A stretch of 64,000 nucleotides of DNA from Saccharofermentans sp. Its GTDB lineage: Bacteria > Bacillota > Clostridia > Saccharofermentanales > Saccharofermentanaceae. The DNA lies in NCBI GenBank assembly GCA_045639635.1, contig JAZUDM010000038.1, positions 1,747-65,746 on the forward strand. Direction: 5' to 3'. Of this stretch, positions 36,498 to 46,201 are shown in pieces (the first letter of the stretch is position 1; each line of letters opens with the position of its first letter). The translations under genes and the position numbers were made by a program. The notes below the pieces were generated by a model that was given only the letters and a program-made list of their open reading frames with translations, searched no databases and was not told the DNA's origin.

Positions 36498-37308
36498 TAC
36501 TGAGTATTCAGTTCTCATGTCTGTTTATGCTAAGGAAAATCCTGATTATTTAAAGGAGAGCATTAACAGCATCTTAGAGCAGACTATAAAGACAGATGAT
36601 TTTGTTATCGTTCTTGATGGTCCCTTAACACCAGAACTTAATAAGGTTATTGAAGAATTCACTTCCAATTATCCTTCAATTTTTAATATTGTTGCCTTTA
36701 AGGAGAACCGCGGTCTCGGATTAGCTTTAAGAGACGGTGTTCTTTCCTGTCGTCACGAGATTATTTTAAGACAGGACAGTGACGATATTTCAGTACCAGA
36801 AAGAAGCGAGAAGCAGCTTTTACTCTTATCTAAGACTAATTCAGACGTAATAAGCGGCACTATCGAAGAGTTTTCAGACTCAACTACAAATATCACTGGA
36901 AAGAGAACTCTTCCATTAACTCACGAAGAGATATTAAAGTTCTCCAAAAAGCGTAATCCTTTTAACCACCCTGCAATTATGTTTAAGAAGTCAGCCGTAG
37001 TTGCTGCCTCAAACTATAGTGAGGAGTATCACCTTTTCGAGGATTATCACCTTTGGATAAAGATGCTCATGAACGGAGCAAAGGCTGCAAACCTTGAGGA
37101 AACATGCGTATTCATGCGTGTGGATTCCAATACTTACTTAAGACGTGGTGGCAGAAAGTACGCCTCCGACATGATTCGTTTCCATAAATGGATTAGAAAT
37201 AAAAAATGGAGCAGCACCCTCGATTTTCTTACAGGTGCCGTTCCACACTATATTGTCTGTGTTATGCCTTCATTTATGCGAAAGGCAATTTATAAGATTC
37301 TTCACTGA
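36490..37308 (+). CDS. Glycosyltransferase family 2 (AmsE-like)
   Basis: YSVLMSVYAKE, VLDGPL, NRGLGLAL, RQDSDD, PFNHPAIMF, FEDYHLW. Confidence 0.92.
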   Translation: MNNTEYSVLMSVYAKENPDYLKESINSILEQTIKTDDFVIVLDGPLTPELNKVIEEFTSNYPSIFNIVAFKENRGLGLALRDGVLSCRHEIILRQDSDDISVPERSEKQLLLLSKTNSDVISGTIEEFSDSTTNITGKRTLPLTHEEILKFSKKRNPFNHPAIMFKKSAVVAASNYSEEYHLFEDYHLWIKMLMNGAKAANLEETCVFMRVDSNTYLRRGGRKYASDMIRFHKWIRNKKWSSTLDFLTGAVPHYIVCVMPSFMRKAIYKILH

Positions 37309-38465
37309 TTAACTGCATTCTTATATGCATTAAGTGTTGCCTTAGCGCAGTTATCCCAGGAGAAATACTTAGCTCTATCAAGTGCTTTATTAATCTTTTC
37401 CTGTGCCAAAGGATCGCCATTTTTAAGATCCTCAGAGCACTTAACTGCATCTACCAGAGCGTTTCCAATTTCTGAAATCTCATCAGGACTACAGAGGAAA
37501 CAGCAGTCTCCTGCAACTTCCTTTAAGGAAGAAACATTAGTAGTAACTGTAGGAACACCACTTGCCATACCCTCAATTACAGGAATACCAAAGCCCTCGT
37601 AGCGTGAAATATAAGCTACTGCAGAAGATGCCTTCATAAGACTTAGCATCTCGTTATCTTCAACAAATCCTGTAAAGATAACATTATCCTTAAGGCTCAT
37701 GTCCTCAGAAACCACCTTAAAGATTTCGTCGTAAAGCCATCCCTTCTTACCTACAATTACAAGTTTAAAGTCACCAATTGTACTTCTTATTTCCTTAAAA
37801 GCACGGATAAGATTAGGAACATTCTTACGTGGCTCCAATGTACCAACATAGATAATGTACTTACTGTCGATACCATACTTTTCCAAAAGCGCTTTATCTG
37901 CAGGAACAGAATCAAAGAACTTATTATTTACACCCATATAAGTTACTTCGATATCGCTGTTCTTTGGCTTACAGAAACGTGGAATATCCACCTTAGAACT
38001 ATTAGAAATAGTGATAATCTTGTCTGCCTTCTTGGCAGTTTCCTTTATATACCCCTGGAACATTCTGCACTTCCATCCAACAAGATACTCAGGATGGATA
38101 AAGTAAGACATATCGTGGAAAACGCCTACTACCTTTGTTTTCTTTGAAATAAGATTCAAAGCATAAGGCATAGTGTAATTAGGACAATGAAGAATATCAG
38201 CCTTCAATGAACGAATCTTCCAAGGGAAAACAATCTGTTCCCACAAAATTCTAATATACTGCTTACGAAGAAGTTTTGATTTTACAGGCACCATATGAAA
38301 ATTAGGGTTACTAATATCAAAGCCCATAAAATCATCGTCCTGGGCGAAAAGGAAATACTCATTTTCCTTATCGATATTTTGAAGCCCATTAAGAAGACCG
38401 AGCATGTATCTTCCAATGCCGGTCTTACTTTTCGGTGTTGCTGTAAGATCAATAACGATTCTCAT
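37302..38465 (-). CDS. Glycosyltransferase family 4
   Basis: TGIGRY, HDMSY, YVGTLEPRKN, YEGFGIPVIEGMASGVP. Confidence 0.93.
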   Translation of the reverse strand: MRIVIDLTATPKSKTGIGRYMLGLLNGLQNIDKENEYFLFAQDDDFMGFDISNPNFHMVPVKSKLLRKQYIRILWEQIVFPWKIRSLKADILHCPNYTMPYALNLISKKTKVVGVFHDMSYFIHPEYLVGWKCRMFQGYIKETAKKADKIITISNSSKVDIPRFCKPKNSDIEVTYMGVNNKFFDSVPADKALLEKYGIDSKYIIYVGTLEPRKNVPNLIRAFKEIRSTIGDFKLVIVGKKGWLYDEIFKVVSEDMSLKDNVIFTGFVEDNEMLSLMKASSAVAYISRYEGFGIPVIEGMASGVPTVTTNVSSLKEVAGDCCFLCSPDEISEIGNALVDAVKCSEDLKNGDPLAQEKINKALDRAKYFSWDNCAKATLNAYKNAVNQ

Positions 38466-38482
38466 TAATAACTAACCCGGGA

Positions 38483-39565
38483 TTAAAGGAGGTCTTCTCT
38501 TCCCTTTTCCTTGAGTCTCTCTACCATAAGCTTTACGTCCTGAACCTTGGACTTATCGCATACAAGAAGAGCTCCGTTTGTAGAAACTACAACGATATTC
38601 TCTACACCGATTGCTGTAATAAGCTTGTCGCCACAGCTGTCAAAGAAAACGCTGTCCTTACAGTCGATGAGCTCGCTCGCGCCAATAGTAACGTTGCCGT
38701 TCTCGTCTCTTTCAAAAACATTATCGAGAGCATCCCATGAACCTACGTCATTCCATCCAAAGTCAGCAGGGATTACATAAACACCCTCTGCCTTCTCCAT
38801 GATTCCGTAGTCAACAGAAACCTTCTCAAGTGTTGGATATACACGAGCGATAGCCTCAGCCTCAGATGGAGTTCTGAGGTCATCGAAGATAGCCTCCATA
38901 TCCTCGTACATCTTAGGAAGGAGCTTCTTAAAGTACTCAAGGATAACAGATGCCTTCCAGATAAACATACCTGAATTCCAAAGGTATGTGCCCTCAGCTA
39001 CATACTGCTTTGCAATCTCTAAAGCAGGCTTTTCTACGAACTTCAAAAGATCATAAACCTCAGGGTTAACCTCTGAAGCTGATGAGGAGAAGTTAATATA
39101 ACCATAACCAGTTGATGGGAAAGAAGGCTTGATACCGATAGTTACGATACGGTCTGTCTTCTCTGCTGTATCCATAGCAAGCTCAATGATTCTCTCGTAT
39201 TCCTTAACGTTAGCGATATGGTGGTCAGCAGGAAGAACTGCCATAAGAGCATCACCATAAAGCTTCTTCATTGTCATTGCTGCGTAGATAATACATGGTG
39301 CTGTATTTCTCATTGCTGGCTCAACGAGGATGTGACTTCTGTCTACTTCATCAAACAAAACCTTATCTGTAAGCTTTGCCTGTCTCTCGTTAGTCACGAT
39401 GAAAGTATTAGCACGAGGGATAACACCATCGTAATGCTTGATTGTCTCGTTAATCATTACATCATCACCTGTAAGCTTTGAAAGCTGCTTTGGTGATTCC
39501 ATTCTTGATACTGGCCAGAATCTAGTTCCGCCACCGCCAGCCATAATAACTGCAACTCGTTCCAT
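38483..39565 (-). CDS. manC: Mannose-1-phosphate guanylyltransferase (monofunctional)
   Basis: IMAGGGGTRFWPVSR..PKQ, EPAMRNTAP, TGYGYI, FVEKP, WNSGMF, WNDVGSWDAL. GAGGTG SD before ATG 39565. Confidence 0.95.
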   Translation of the reverse strand: MERVAVIMAGGGGTRFWPVSRMESPKQLSKLTGDDVMINETIKHYDGVIPRANTFIVTNERQAKLTDKVLFDEVDRSHILVEPAMRNTAPCIIYAAMTMKKLYGDALMAVLPADHHIANVKEYERIIELAMDTAEKTDRIVTIGIKPSFPSTGYGYINFSSSASEVNPEVYDLLKFVEKPALEIAKQYVAEGTYLWNSGMFIWKASVILEYFKKLLPKMYEDMEAIFDDLRTPSEAEAIARVYPTLEKVSVDYGIMEKAEGVYVIPADFGWNDVGSWDALDNVFERDENGNVTIGASELIDCKDSVFFDSCGDKLITAIGVENIVVVSTNGALLVCDKSKVQDVKLMVERLKEKGREDLL

Positions 39566-39633
39566 ATATTTCACCTCATTAATTTTTATCTAATCTTGTT
39601 GAATTATACCCTAAATACTGTAGAATTATCCAT

Positions 39634-40464
39634 ATGAGCTATTCATTTCTAGTTGCAACGGACGTTGATTCCACATTATTAGTACCAGGACAGCCTGTTT
39701 CAGACGCTAACAAAGCGGCTATTAATAAAGTTCGCGAATTAGGTGGTGCCTTTACACTTGCAACCGGTAGAACTTCATTACTTACAGGAGCTTATATCCT
39801 TGACTTAAATCTTGATGTTCCACTTATTTCTAGTAATGGTGCAGCTATCTACGACCCAACTTCCAGAAAAGAACTATATTCTTCTCTTATCCCAGAAGAA
39901 ATCGTTCGAAAGTTTATTGAAATCATTTTTAAGAACAAAGTAAATGCCGTTTGCTATAGTGCTGATGCTATTTACTTTACTCCTGGTAGCACTCGAAAGG
40001 ACTTCATCGAGAACTATAACGCAACACTTCCTGAAGATTTTAAAGCTCCACTAAAGGCTCTTACACCTGACATGATTACAGGTAACACACCTAAACTTAA
40101 TAAGTTTCTTTTTATCGATCCAGATAAAGAGTCTTGGGATTTTGCCTGTACTTTCGACGAGCTTGAATTAGTTAGTTCTGGCCCAGGTTTCTACGACATT
40201 ATGTATAAGGGTTCAACTAAGGGAAGTGGTCTTTTACGTGTTGCTGATATTCTTGGAATTTCTCACGACATGACATTTGCTCTAGGCGACAGCGACAACG
40301 ACTTATCCATGCTTACTTCCGCAAAATATGGAATTGCCATGGGAAATGCAAATAGCCTTATAAAAGAAAACGCAGCCTACATTACTGACAGCTGCGAGAA
40401 CGATGGTTTTGCAAAAGCACTTCTTGAATATGTAATTCCTACTGTTTTGAATCAGCAGAAGTAA
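39634..40464 (+). CDS. Cof-type HAD superfamily IIB hydrolase
   Basis: DVDSTLL, LATGRT, SSNGA, STKGSGL, LGDSDNDLSML, AMGNA. Confidence 0.92.
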   Translation: MSYSFLVATDVDSTLLVPGQPVSDANKAAINKVRELGGAFTLATGRTSLLTGAYILDLNLDVPLISSNGAAIYDPTSRKELYSSLIPEEIVRKFIEIIFKNKVNAVCYSADAIYFTPGSTRKDFIENYNATLPEDFKAPLKALTPDMITGNTPKLNKFLFIDPDKESWDFACTFDELELVSSGPGFYDIMYKGSTKGSGLLRVADILGISHDMTFALGDSDNDLSMLTSAKYGIAMGNANSLIKENAAYITDSCENDGFAKALLEYVIPTVLNQQK

Positions 40465-41623
40465 TTTCCTTAATTAAATTGCAAAGATTATTAGTAATAA
40501 TCTCCCATGTATAATTCTTTTCCACGTACTTAACTGCGTTATCCATCATCTGGGAAACGATATCTTCGTGTGAATAAAGATAATTAAGTTCACCTTCAAA
40601 CTCATAGAAATTGTTGTAATAGAATGCGCCGTTACTCTTAGTACAGTGCGCTCTTAAAACAGGGCACTTGCCATTTACGATAACAGGAGTTCTGATGCTC
40701 ATTGCCTCCAAAACAACAAGAGAGAGACTCTCATATTCAGATGGAAGTACAAGGGCACGTGCTCCCTTAATTCCATTAAACTTATCTTCATCGGAAACGA
40801 AGCCGAGGCTTACGATGTCCTCATCATCTGGAACATTAATTACAGCCTTACCCATAAGAACAAGCTTCAATTTGCTTTCAGGATTACGCTTTTTATACTC
40901 TTTAAAGTAATCAAATAGCTGAGGGCAGTTCTTGCCTTCGTCGATTCTTCCTACGTAAACAATATAATCATTAAGGCCATACTTCTTCTTAAAAGCTTCG
41001 CCATCGATTTTCTCTGGCAAATCAATGCCAACTCCACCCAAAGCGTACTTTAAGTCAGGACCATACTTACTTAAAACAAGGTCTCTTTCCTCTTCAGTAT
41101 TAAACATAAATGCATCAGGCTTACTAAAGATTCTGTCAAAAATATGCATCTTAAGGAAAGGCTCGTCGTGAGCAAGAGGAAGCATAATTACCTTATTATC
41201 CACAACCTCAATTCCCATAACGCTTGGATAATAAAGGTATGCGTAGAATAGTACACAGTCGTAATCGTACTGATGCGCCTTAAGATAATCGATAAGTGCT
41301 GGTACAAATGGTCCCTGCTTATCGATCCACTCCTGCTCTTCCTTTTCCTTTAAAATGCCACGCATAAAGCGGGAATTAACCTCATCGAACTGCTTCTGGT
41401 TACGCTCTTTTTTTACAGGAAAACGCTTTACATTAACGCCGTTAATTACCTCTTCGTCTGCTTCGTATTCGTTCTTCCATGTCATATAATCGATTGCTTT
41501 TGTAGTAAGAATATCGATTTTCTCACAGAAAGGAAGCATATGCTCAGCAAGCTGACGGCAATGGAGTTCAGCTCCGCCGTTAACTTCTAATCCATATCTT
41601 TGAATTACAAAACAAATCTTCAT
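40439..41623 (-). CDS. Glycosyltransferase family 4
   Basis: QRYGLEVNGGAE, YVGRIDEGKN, SEYESLSLVVLEAM. Confidence 0.92.
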   Translation of the reverse strand: MKICFVIQRYGLEVNGGAELHCRQLAEHMLPFCEKIDILTTKAIDYMTWKNEYEADEEVINGVNVKRFPVKKERNQKQFDEVNSRFMRGILKEKEEQEWIDKQGPFVPALIDYLKAHQYDYDCVLFYAYLYYPSVMGIEVVDNKVIMLPLAHDEPFLKMHIFDRIFSKPDAFMFNTEEERDLVLSKYGPDLKYALGGVGIDLPEKIDGEAFKKKYGLNDYIVYVGRIDEGKNCPQLFDYFKEYKKRNPESKLKLVLMGKAVINVPDDEDIVSLGFVSDEDKFNGIKGARALVLPSEYESLSLVVLEAMSIRTPVIVNGKCPVLRAHCTKSNGAFYYNNFYEFEGELNYLYSHEDIVSQMMDNAVKYVEKNYTWEIITNNLCNLIKEITSADSKQ

Positions 41624-42714
41624 TACTTCTTACCTTCTGTTAATTTAAGAACGTTCTCGAAATGAGACATAAAGAGCTTGGAGATATTTTCATAAGAAAA
41701 ATCATTAAGACGCTTTCTCTGTCCTTCAATGATTTTCTCCCTTAATTCCTTATCGTTTACAACTTCATGTACAGCAAAAGCAGCCTTTTCCATATCCTTT
41801 GTTTCAAGAAGGACGCCACTTCCACCCAAAGTCTCACCGATTGCAGAAGAATCGAATGCAACGATAGGGCTATCGAAATACATTGCCTCAACAAGTGGAA
41901 CGCAGAAACCTTCGTGCTCACTCATGGATACAAAGCAGTCAGCAAGCTTATAGTAAGCAAGGATATCCTTAAATGGAACCTGGCCTGTAAGGATCAAATC
42001 GTCACTTACACCAAGGTTATTAGCATAGTTTCTGATGCGCTCAGAATATCTTCCGGCACCATTATCTGAACCTACGAAAATAACTCTGATTTTCTCATCA
42101 GGGAACATCTTTTTATAGTAAGCAAGAAGTGTTACAACATCGTGCTGGCACTTATTAGGAACAATTCTTCCTACAAAAACAATATTCTTGTAGCCGTCAC
42201 TATACTTCTTGATTACTTCCTCGTTTGGCTCCTTCTTATAGTCTTCGAAAGGAATAAGAATAGCCTTAACAAACATTGGGCATGTGTAGCCAAAGTCCTT
42301 TAAATCCTGACAGTTATAAGAAGATACGCCAAGAACAGCATCGAAAGTGCTGTTTAAAGACTTAACCTGATCTCTGCCGTCAGAACAAAGGCAGGCAAGC
42401 TTGCCGTTATAGTCTGAAAAATAATGTCCAGGAGTGATATTGTGGTAAAGGCAGAACTTACGGCAGTTAACTGTCTTTATCCATTCATTAAGTTTTGTAC
42501 CAGTAGAAAGGTGATACAAAATCACATCCTCTGGCTTAATATCTGTAAGAAATCTTGCTTCACGGGCAACATTCTTTGGAAGCCTGTCATCGATATACTC
42601 AGCAAAAATCTCGCTGGCGTAACCATTCTTTTTTAAAAGCCCGTCTATCGCAAGACAGTCGTTACTAACTGCATCACCAAAAGCCAGAGTTGTAAGAAGC
42701 TGAATTACTCTCAT
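41623..42714 (-). CDS. Glycosyltransferase family 4
   Basis: GDAVSND, YHNITP, FVGRIVPNKCQHD, SEHEGFCVPLVEAM. Confidence 0.92.
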   Translation of the reverse strand: MRVIQLLTTLAFGDAVSNDCLAIDGLLKKNGYASEIFAEYIDDRLPKNVAREARFLTDIKPEDVILYHLSTGTKLNEWIKTVNCRKFCLYHNITPGHYFSDYNGKLACLCSDGRDQVKSLNSTFDAVLGVSSYNCQDLKDFGYTCPMFVKAILIPFEDYKKEPNEEVIKKYSDGYKNIVFVGRIVPNKCQHDVVTLLAYYKKMFPDEKIRVIFVGSDNGAGRYSERIRNYANNLGVSDDLILTGQVPFKDILAYYKLADCFVSMSEHEGFCVPLVEAMYFDSPIVAFDSSAIGETLGGSGVLLETKDMEKAAFAVHEVVNDKELREKIIEGQRKRLNDFSYENISKLFMSHFENVLKLTEGKK

Positions 42715-42717
42715 AAA

Positions 42718-43089
42718 TTACACCTCGGCATTAGTTCTGATTTTATCCAGGCGCTTATTAAGTTCAGCAATCCTGTTATTGAGCTCGCGCTTTGTCTTAT
42801 TAGCCTTATTAAGTTCAATGAGGGCATTAATAATTGAAGTGTTAACTGAATCCTGCTTTGCAGTAATTGGTCTGAACCAGAAAGCATTAATTTTCTTCAT
42901 GAACTTACCAACAGCATTAGTTGCTGCTACGTCAGCAATAGAATTAGACTCGAAATACTTAAGGTAAGAATTTACGTCCTCACCAAAGATAGGTGTCTCC
43001 TCAAAAGAAGGTACGTTAATAGATAAAGAATTACTCTTCTTATATTCTTCAAATCTATTATTAATTATCTGTGTTGGATTAAATTCCAT
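42718..43089 (-). CDS. Small hypothetical protein, amphipathic helix + coiled coil (123 aa)
   Basis: Translationally coupled (TAATG); KFMKKINAFWFRPITAKQDSVN then heptad-rich tail. Confidence 0.7.
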   Translation of the reverse strand: MEFNPTQIINNRFEEYKKSNSLSINVPSFEETPIFGEDVNSYLKYFESNSIADVAATNAVGKFMKKINAFWFRPITAKQDSVNTSIINALIELNKANKTKRELNNRIAELNKRLDKIRTNAEV

Positions 43090-43490
43090 TACTTCTTAGC
43101 CTTACCTTCTAATTCATTAACGCGCTTTTCAAGCTCATCGAGCTTAACAGCTAATCTCTCATTTTCCTTGTTTGTATCGTTAACTGACTGAATTACCTTG
43201 TAGAAATAGTAGTTAAGTGTATTCTGCTTAGCGACAACTGGGAGGTAGAACATACCATTAACCTTACGAATAACCTTCTTAACAAATACCTTAATCTTAT
43301 TACCTGTTAAGTACTCGTATGGTTCAATCTCATAGTGAGTAGAAAGATACTGAAGTGAGGCCTCAACGCTGCCCTCAACTGGAGCTGTTGCTTTGCTGTC
43401 GTCAAAAGAAAGCGGAATCTTGTCTCTTCCGCTATCCTTAATATCTTTTCTGATATCTTCCATGATTTTCTCTACGTTAATCTCGCTCAT
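43089..43490 (-). CDS. Small hypothetical protein, amphipathic helix + coiled coil (133 aa)
   Basis: MSEINVEKIMEDIRKDIK...KVFVKKVIRKVNGMFYLPVVAKQNTLN...LDELEKRVNELEGK; AGGTG SD. Confidence 0.75.
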   Translation of the reverse strand: MSEINVEKIMEDIRKDIKDSGRDKIPLSFDDSKATAPVEGSVEASLQYLSTHYEIEPYEYLTGNKIKVFVKKVIRKVNGMFYLPVVAKQNTLNYYFYKVIQSVNDTNKENERLAVKLDELEKRVNELEGKAKK

Positions 43491-43499
43491 ATATACACC

Positions 43500-44699
43500 T
43501 TAGTTTTCAAGTGATTCAAGAAATTCAACTGTTCTAGTTACTATTCTATCCCAAGAAAAATTATCTATTACATATTTTCTTCCATTTTCTGCCATTACCT
43601 TTGAAATTTCTTTGTTTTCTTCAAAGAACTTAATAGCACCTTCGTAATCGAAATAGTCCTTAAAATAAAGTCCGCCATTAGTTCTCTTGGCAAAATCTAA
43701 TGTAACCTCACACTCTTCGCTTACAATTACAGGCCTTTTGCAAAGCCAGCTCTCCATAATTACAAGGGAGAAACTCTCGTGAGTAGATGGCTGACAAAGG
43801 CAGAGTGCACCTGCCATTGCGTTATATTTCATTTCCTTCGAAACGAATCCCAAATCAATGATGTTATCTTTGTTTTCAGCAGGGATCTCAATCTCGCCGC
43901 CTCCGATAAGAACGAGTTTAGGATAGTTTCTTCCCTCGTTCCTGGCGCGGTTTATATACTCGTTATGGTACTTAATTAATGTATCTACATTCTTTCCAGC
44001 GTCCTTACGACCTGCATAGATTACATAGTCTCCTTCGATACCTGTTTCTCTGCGGAACGCCTCTACATCACCCTTAATAGTAACGTCGACACCAGTACCT
44101 AATACTTTCTGCTTTACTTTGCTTAAATCGTAATAGGAATTGGCAAGCTTCATCTCTGGGTGAGCGTTATAGATAAGTCCCTTAACATTTTCGAATGTAT
44201 TCTTAAATGCTTCCATATAGAAATAAGATTCATCGTGAAAACATGGAATTACTACTGATTTAGATGGAAACTTCTGACATCCCTCAATACATGTTCCAAA
44301 CATATATGGAGCATATAGAAAATAAGAATACTCATTCTCATGTTCTTCCATAAAGGCCAAAAGATTCTTACTTGTAGCTGAATTTCTAATGAAGATTTCT
44401 TCTTCTGCGGCAGTAATTTTCTTACCTGCCATAAGTTTTAAGTTTACTTCGTCAAAACTTCTAGCGTCTCTTTTATCAGCCTTAAATCTTCTGATAGTTA
44501 TGCCGCGGGAATCCTTGGAAACACCTTCTTTATAGAAGTTCTTTCCCCAGTCTGAAGCGAATTTTTCAATGCATGTAGTAAGGATTTCAAGCTGAATTCC
44601 TGTAGCAAAAAGATGTCCTGTGAGTTCGCGGACAAGACTTTCCGCGCCTCCTGGAATCTCTTCACCATACCATGGAACAACGAATCCTAACTTTTTCAT
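43500..44699 (-). CDS. Glycosyltransferase family 4 (paralogue of 40439..41623)
   Basis: PWYGEEIPGGAE, YAGRKDAGKN, STHESFSLVIMESW. Confidence 0.92.
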   Translation of the reverse strand: MKKLGFVVPWYGEEIPGGAESLVRELTGHLFATGIQLEILTTCIEKFASDWGKNFYKEGVSKDSRGITIRRFKADKRDARSFDEVNLKLMAGKKITAAEEEIFIRNSATSKNLLAFMEEHENEYSYFLYAPYMFGTCIEGCQKFPSKSVVIPCFHDESYFYMEAFKNTFENVKGLIYNAHPEMKLANSYYDLSKVKQKVLGTGVDVTIKGDVEAFRRETGIEGDYVIYAGRKDAGKNVDTLIKYHNEYINRARNEGRNYPKLVLIGGGEIEIPAENKDNIIDLGFVSKEMKYNAMAGALCLCQPSTHESFSLVIMESWLCKRPVIVSEECEVTLDFAKRTNGGLYFKDYFDYEGAIKFFEENKEISKVMAENGRKYVIDNFSWDRIVTRTVEFLESLEN

Positions 44700-44704
44700 A
44701 TTAA

Positions 44705-46189
44705 TTAATCTTCTTCGTGAACCTTAATTGTGTCACCCAAAATAAACTTATGGTCAAGTCTTACTACACCAACATCACCTGTTGTTGCATAAGTCTCGAT
44801 TGAGAAAATCTCACGATGGTAGTCAACAGCTACACTTCTGTCATACTCGATAGCAAGGTCAACTGTGTACTTACCAGGAAGAAGGTTAAATGAAGAAATC
44901 TTAATTTCAACTGTACCATCCTCGAGAAGATCGAATCTGTCATACTGCTCAAGAAGTGTGTTACTTCCATAAACCAAAAGCTGGTCAGCACGATAGAATG
45001 CAAATCCAAAAGTTGCATCCTCAATTGGCTCGTTAACCTTAAACTTAATCTTAATAGAGAATGGATCAGCAACGTGGTAAACGTAGTTCTCATTGCCTTC
45101 AGCATCGTATGCACGTGCATCAACGATTTCTACCTTATAGTTACCCCAGCGCTTCTTCTCTTCTTCTTTTACTTCTTCTACTACTTCCTCAACTACCTCA
45201 GCTGGAGCCTCAGGGTTTTCTTCGCTATTAGCTGCTTCCTCTGCTGCCTTTGCTTCCTCAGCAGCCTTCGCCTCAGCCTCAGCCTTTTCCTGCTGAACCT
45301 GCTCAATAGTATTAAGAATCTCATCAGGGATAGAGAATTCCTCTGCTGATGTATCAATCTCGCCACGGGCAATCTGAAGTTCCTTAATCTTCTGCTCGTT
45401 ACGCTTCTTTGCCATGTAATCAAGGTAAATTGGGTGGATACGTCTTGGCTTACCATCAGCCTTAAACTTACCTTCGTGAATCCAGATTGATCTGTCGCAG
45501 AACTCCTCAATCTGTGAAAGTGAGTGAGATACGATTACGATTGTTGTACCCTGAGCCTTAATCTCCTGAAGCTTGGCAAAACACTTTGCCTGGAAGTTTG
45601 CGTCACCTACAGCAAGAATCTCATCGATAAGAAGAACGTCAGCGTCTACGTTGATAGCAACAGAGAACGCAAGTCTCATGTACATACCTGAAGAATATGT
45701 TCTTACAGGGTTATCGATAAACTCCTCAAGCTCTGAGAATCTGATAATCTTCTCCATTCTCTTGTCGATTTCCTTCTTGGAAAGACCAAAGATAGAAGCA
45801 TTAGTATAGATATTCTCACGTCCACTCATGTCTGGGTGGAAACCAGCACCAAGCTCGATAAGAGAACTTACTCTTCCCTTAACGATTACGTCACCGCTTT
45901 CTGGGTAGAGAATTCTTGTCATGAGCTTCAAAAGAGTACTCTTACCACAACCATTGTGACCAATAAGTCCAACGGCCTCACCACGCTTAATGTTAAGTGA
46001 GATGTCTCTTAATACTACACGGTTCTCATAACGGTTACGCTTCTGGAATAAAACCTTTTCCTTAAGGCTTGTTCCCTTATCGTAGAAAACCTTGAACTGC
46101 TTTGTTACGTTCTTTATGATAATTACGTCTTCAGCATCCTTAGGGTTAAATTCTGTTGTTCCCTTTTTATATCTTTCTTCAAATGCCAT
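44705..46189 (-). CDS. wzt: Polysaccharide ABC exporter ATPase Wzt with C-terminal carbohydrate-binding domain and acidic insert
   Basis: GHNGCGKSTLL, SSLIELGAGFHP, YSSGMYMRLAFS, LLIDEILAVGD, VSHS. Wzt_C after RWGN. Confidence 0.95.
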   Translation of the reverse strand: MAFEERYKKGTTEFNPKDAEDVIIIKNVTKQFKVFYDKGTSLKEKVLFQKRNRYENRVVLRDISLNIKRGEAVGLIGHNGCGKSTLLKLMTRILYPESGDVIVKGRVSSLIELGAGFHPDMSGRENIYTNASIFGLSKKEIDKRMEKIIRFSELEEFIDNPVRTYSSGMYMRLAFSVAINVDADVLLIDEILAVGDANFQAKCFAKLQEIKAQGTTIVIVSHSLSQIEEFCDRSIWIHEGKFKADGKPRRIHPIYLDYMAKKRNEQKIKELQIARGEIDTSAEEFSIPDEILNTIEQVQQEKAEAEAKAAEEAKAAEEAANSEENPEAPAEVVEEVVEEVKEEEKKRWGNYKVEIVDARAYDAEGNENYVYHVADPFSIKIKFKVNEPIEDATFGFAFYRADQLLVYGSNTLLEQYDRFDLLEDGTVEIKISSFNLLPGKYTVDLAIEYDRSVAVDYHREIFSIETYATTGDVGVVRLDHKFILGDTIKVHEED

Positions 46190-46201
46190 AGTAAACCTCG
46201 A

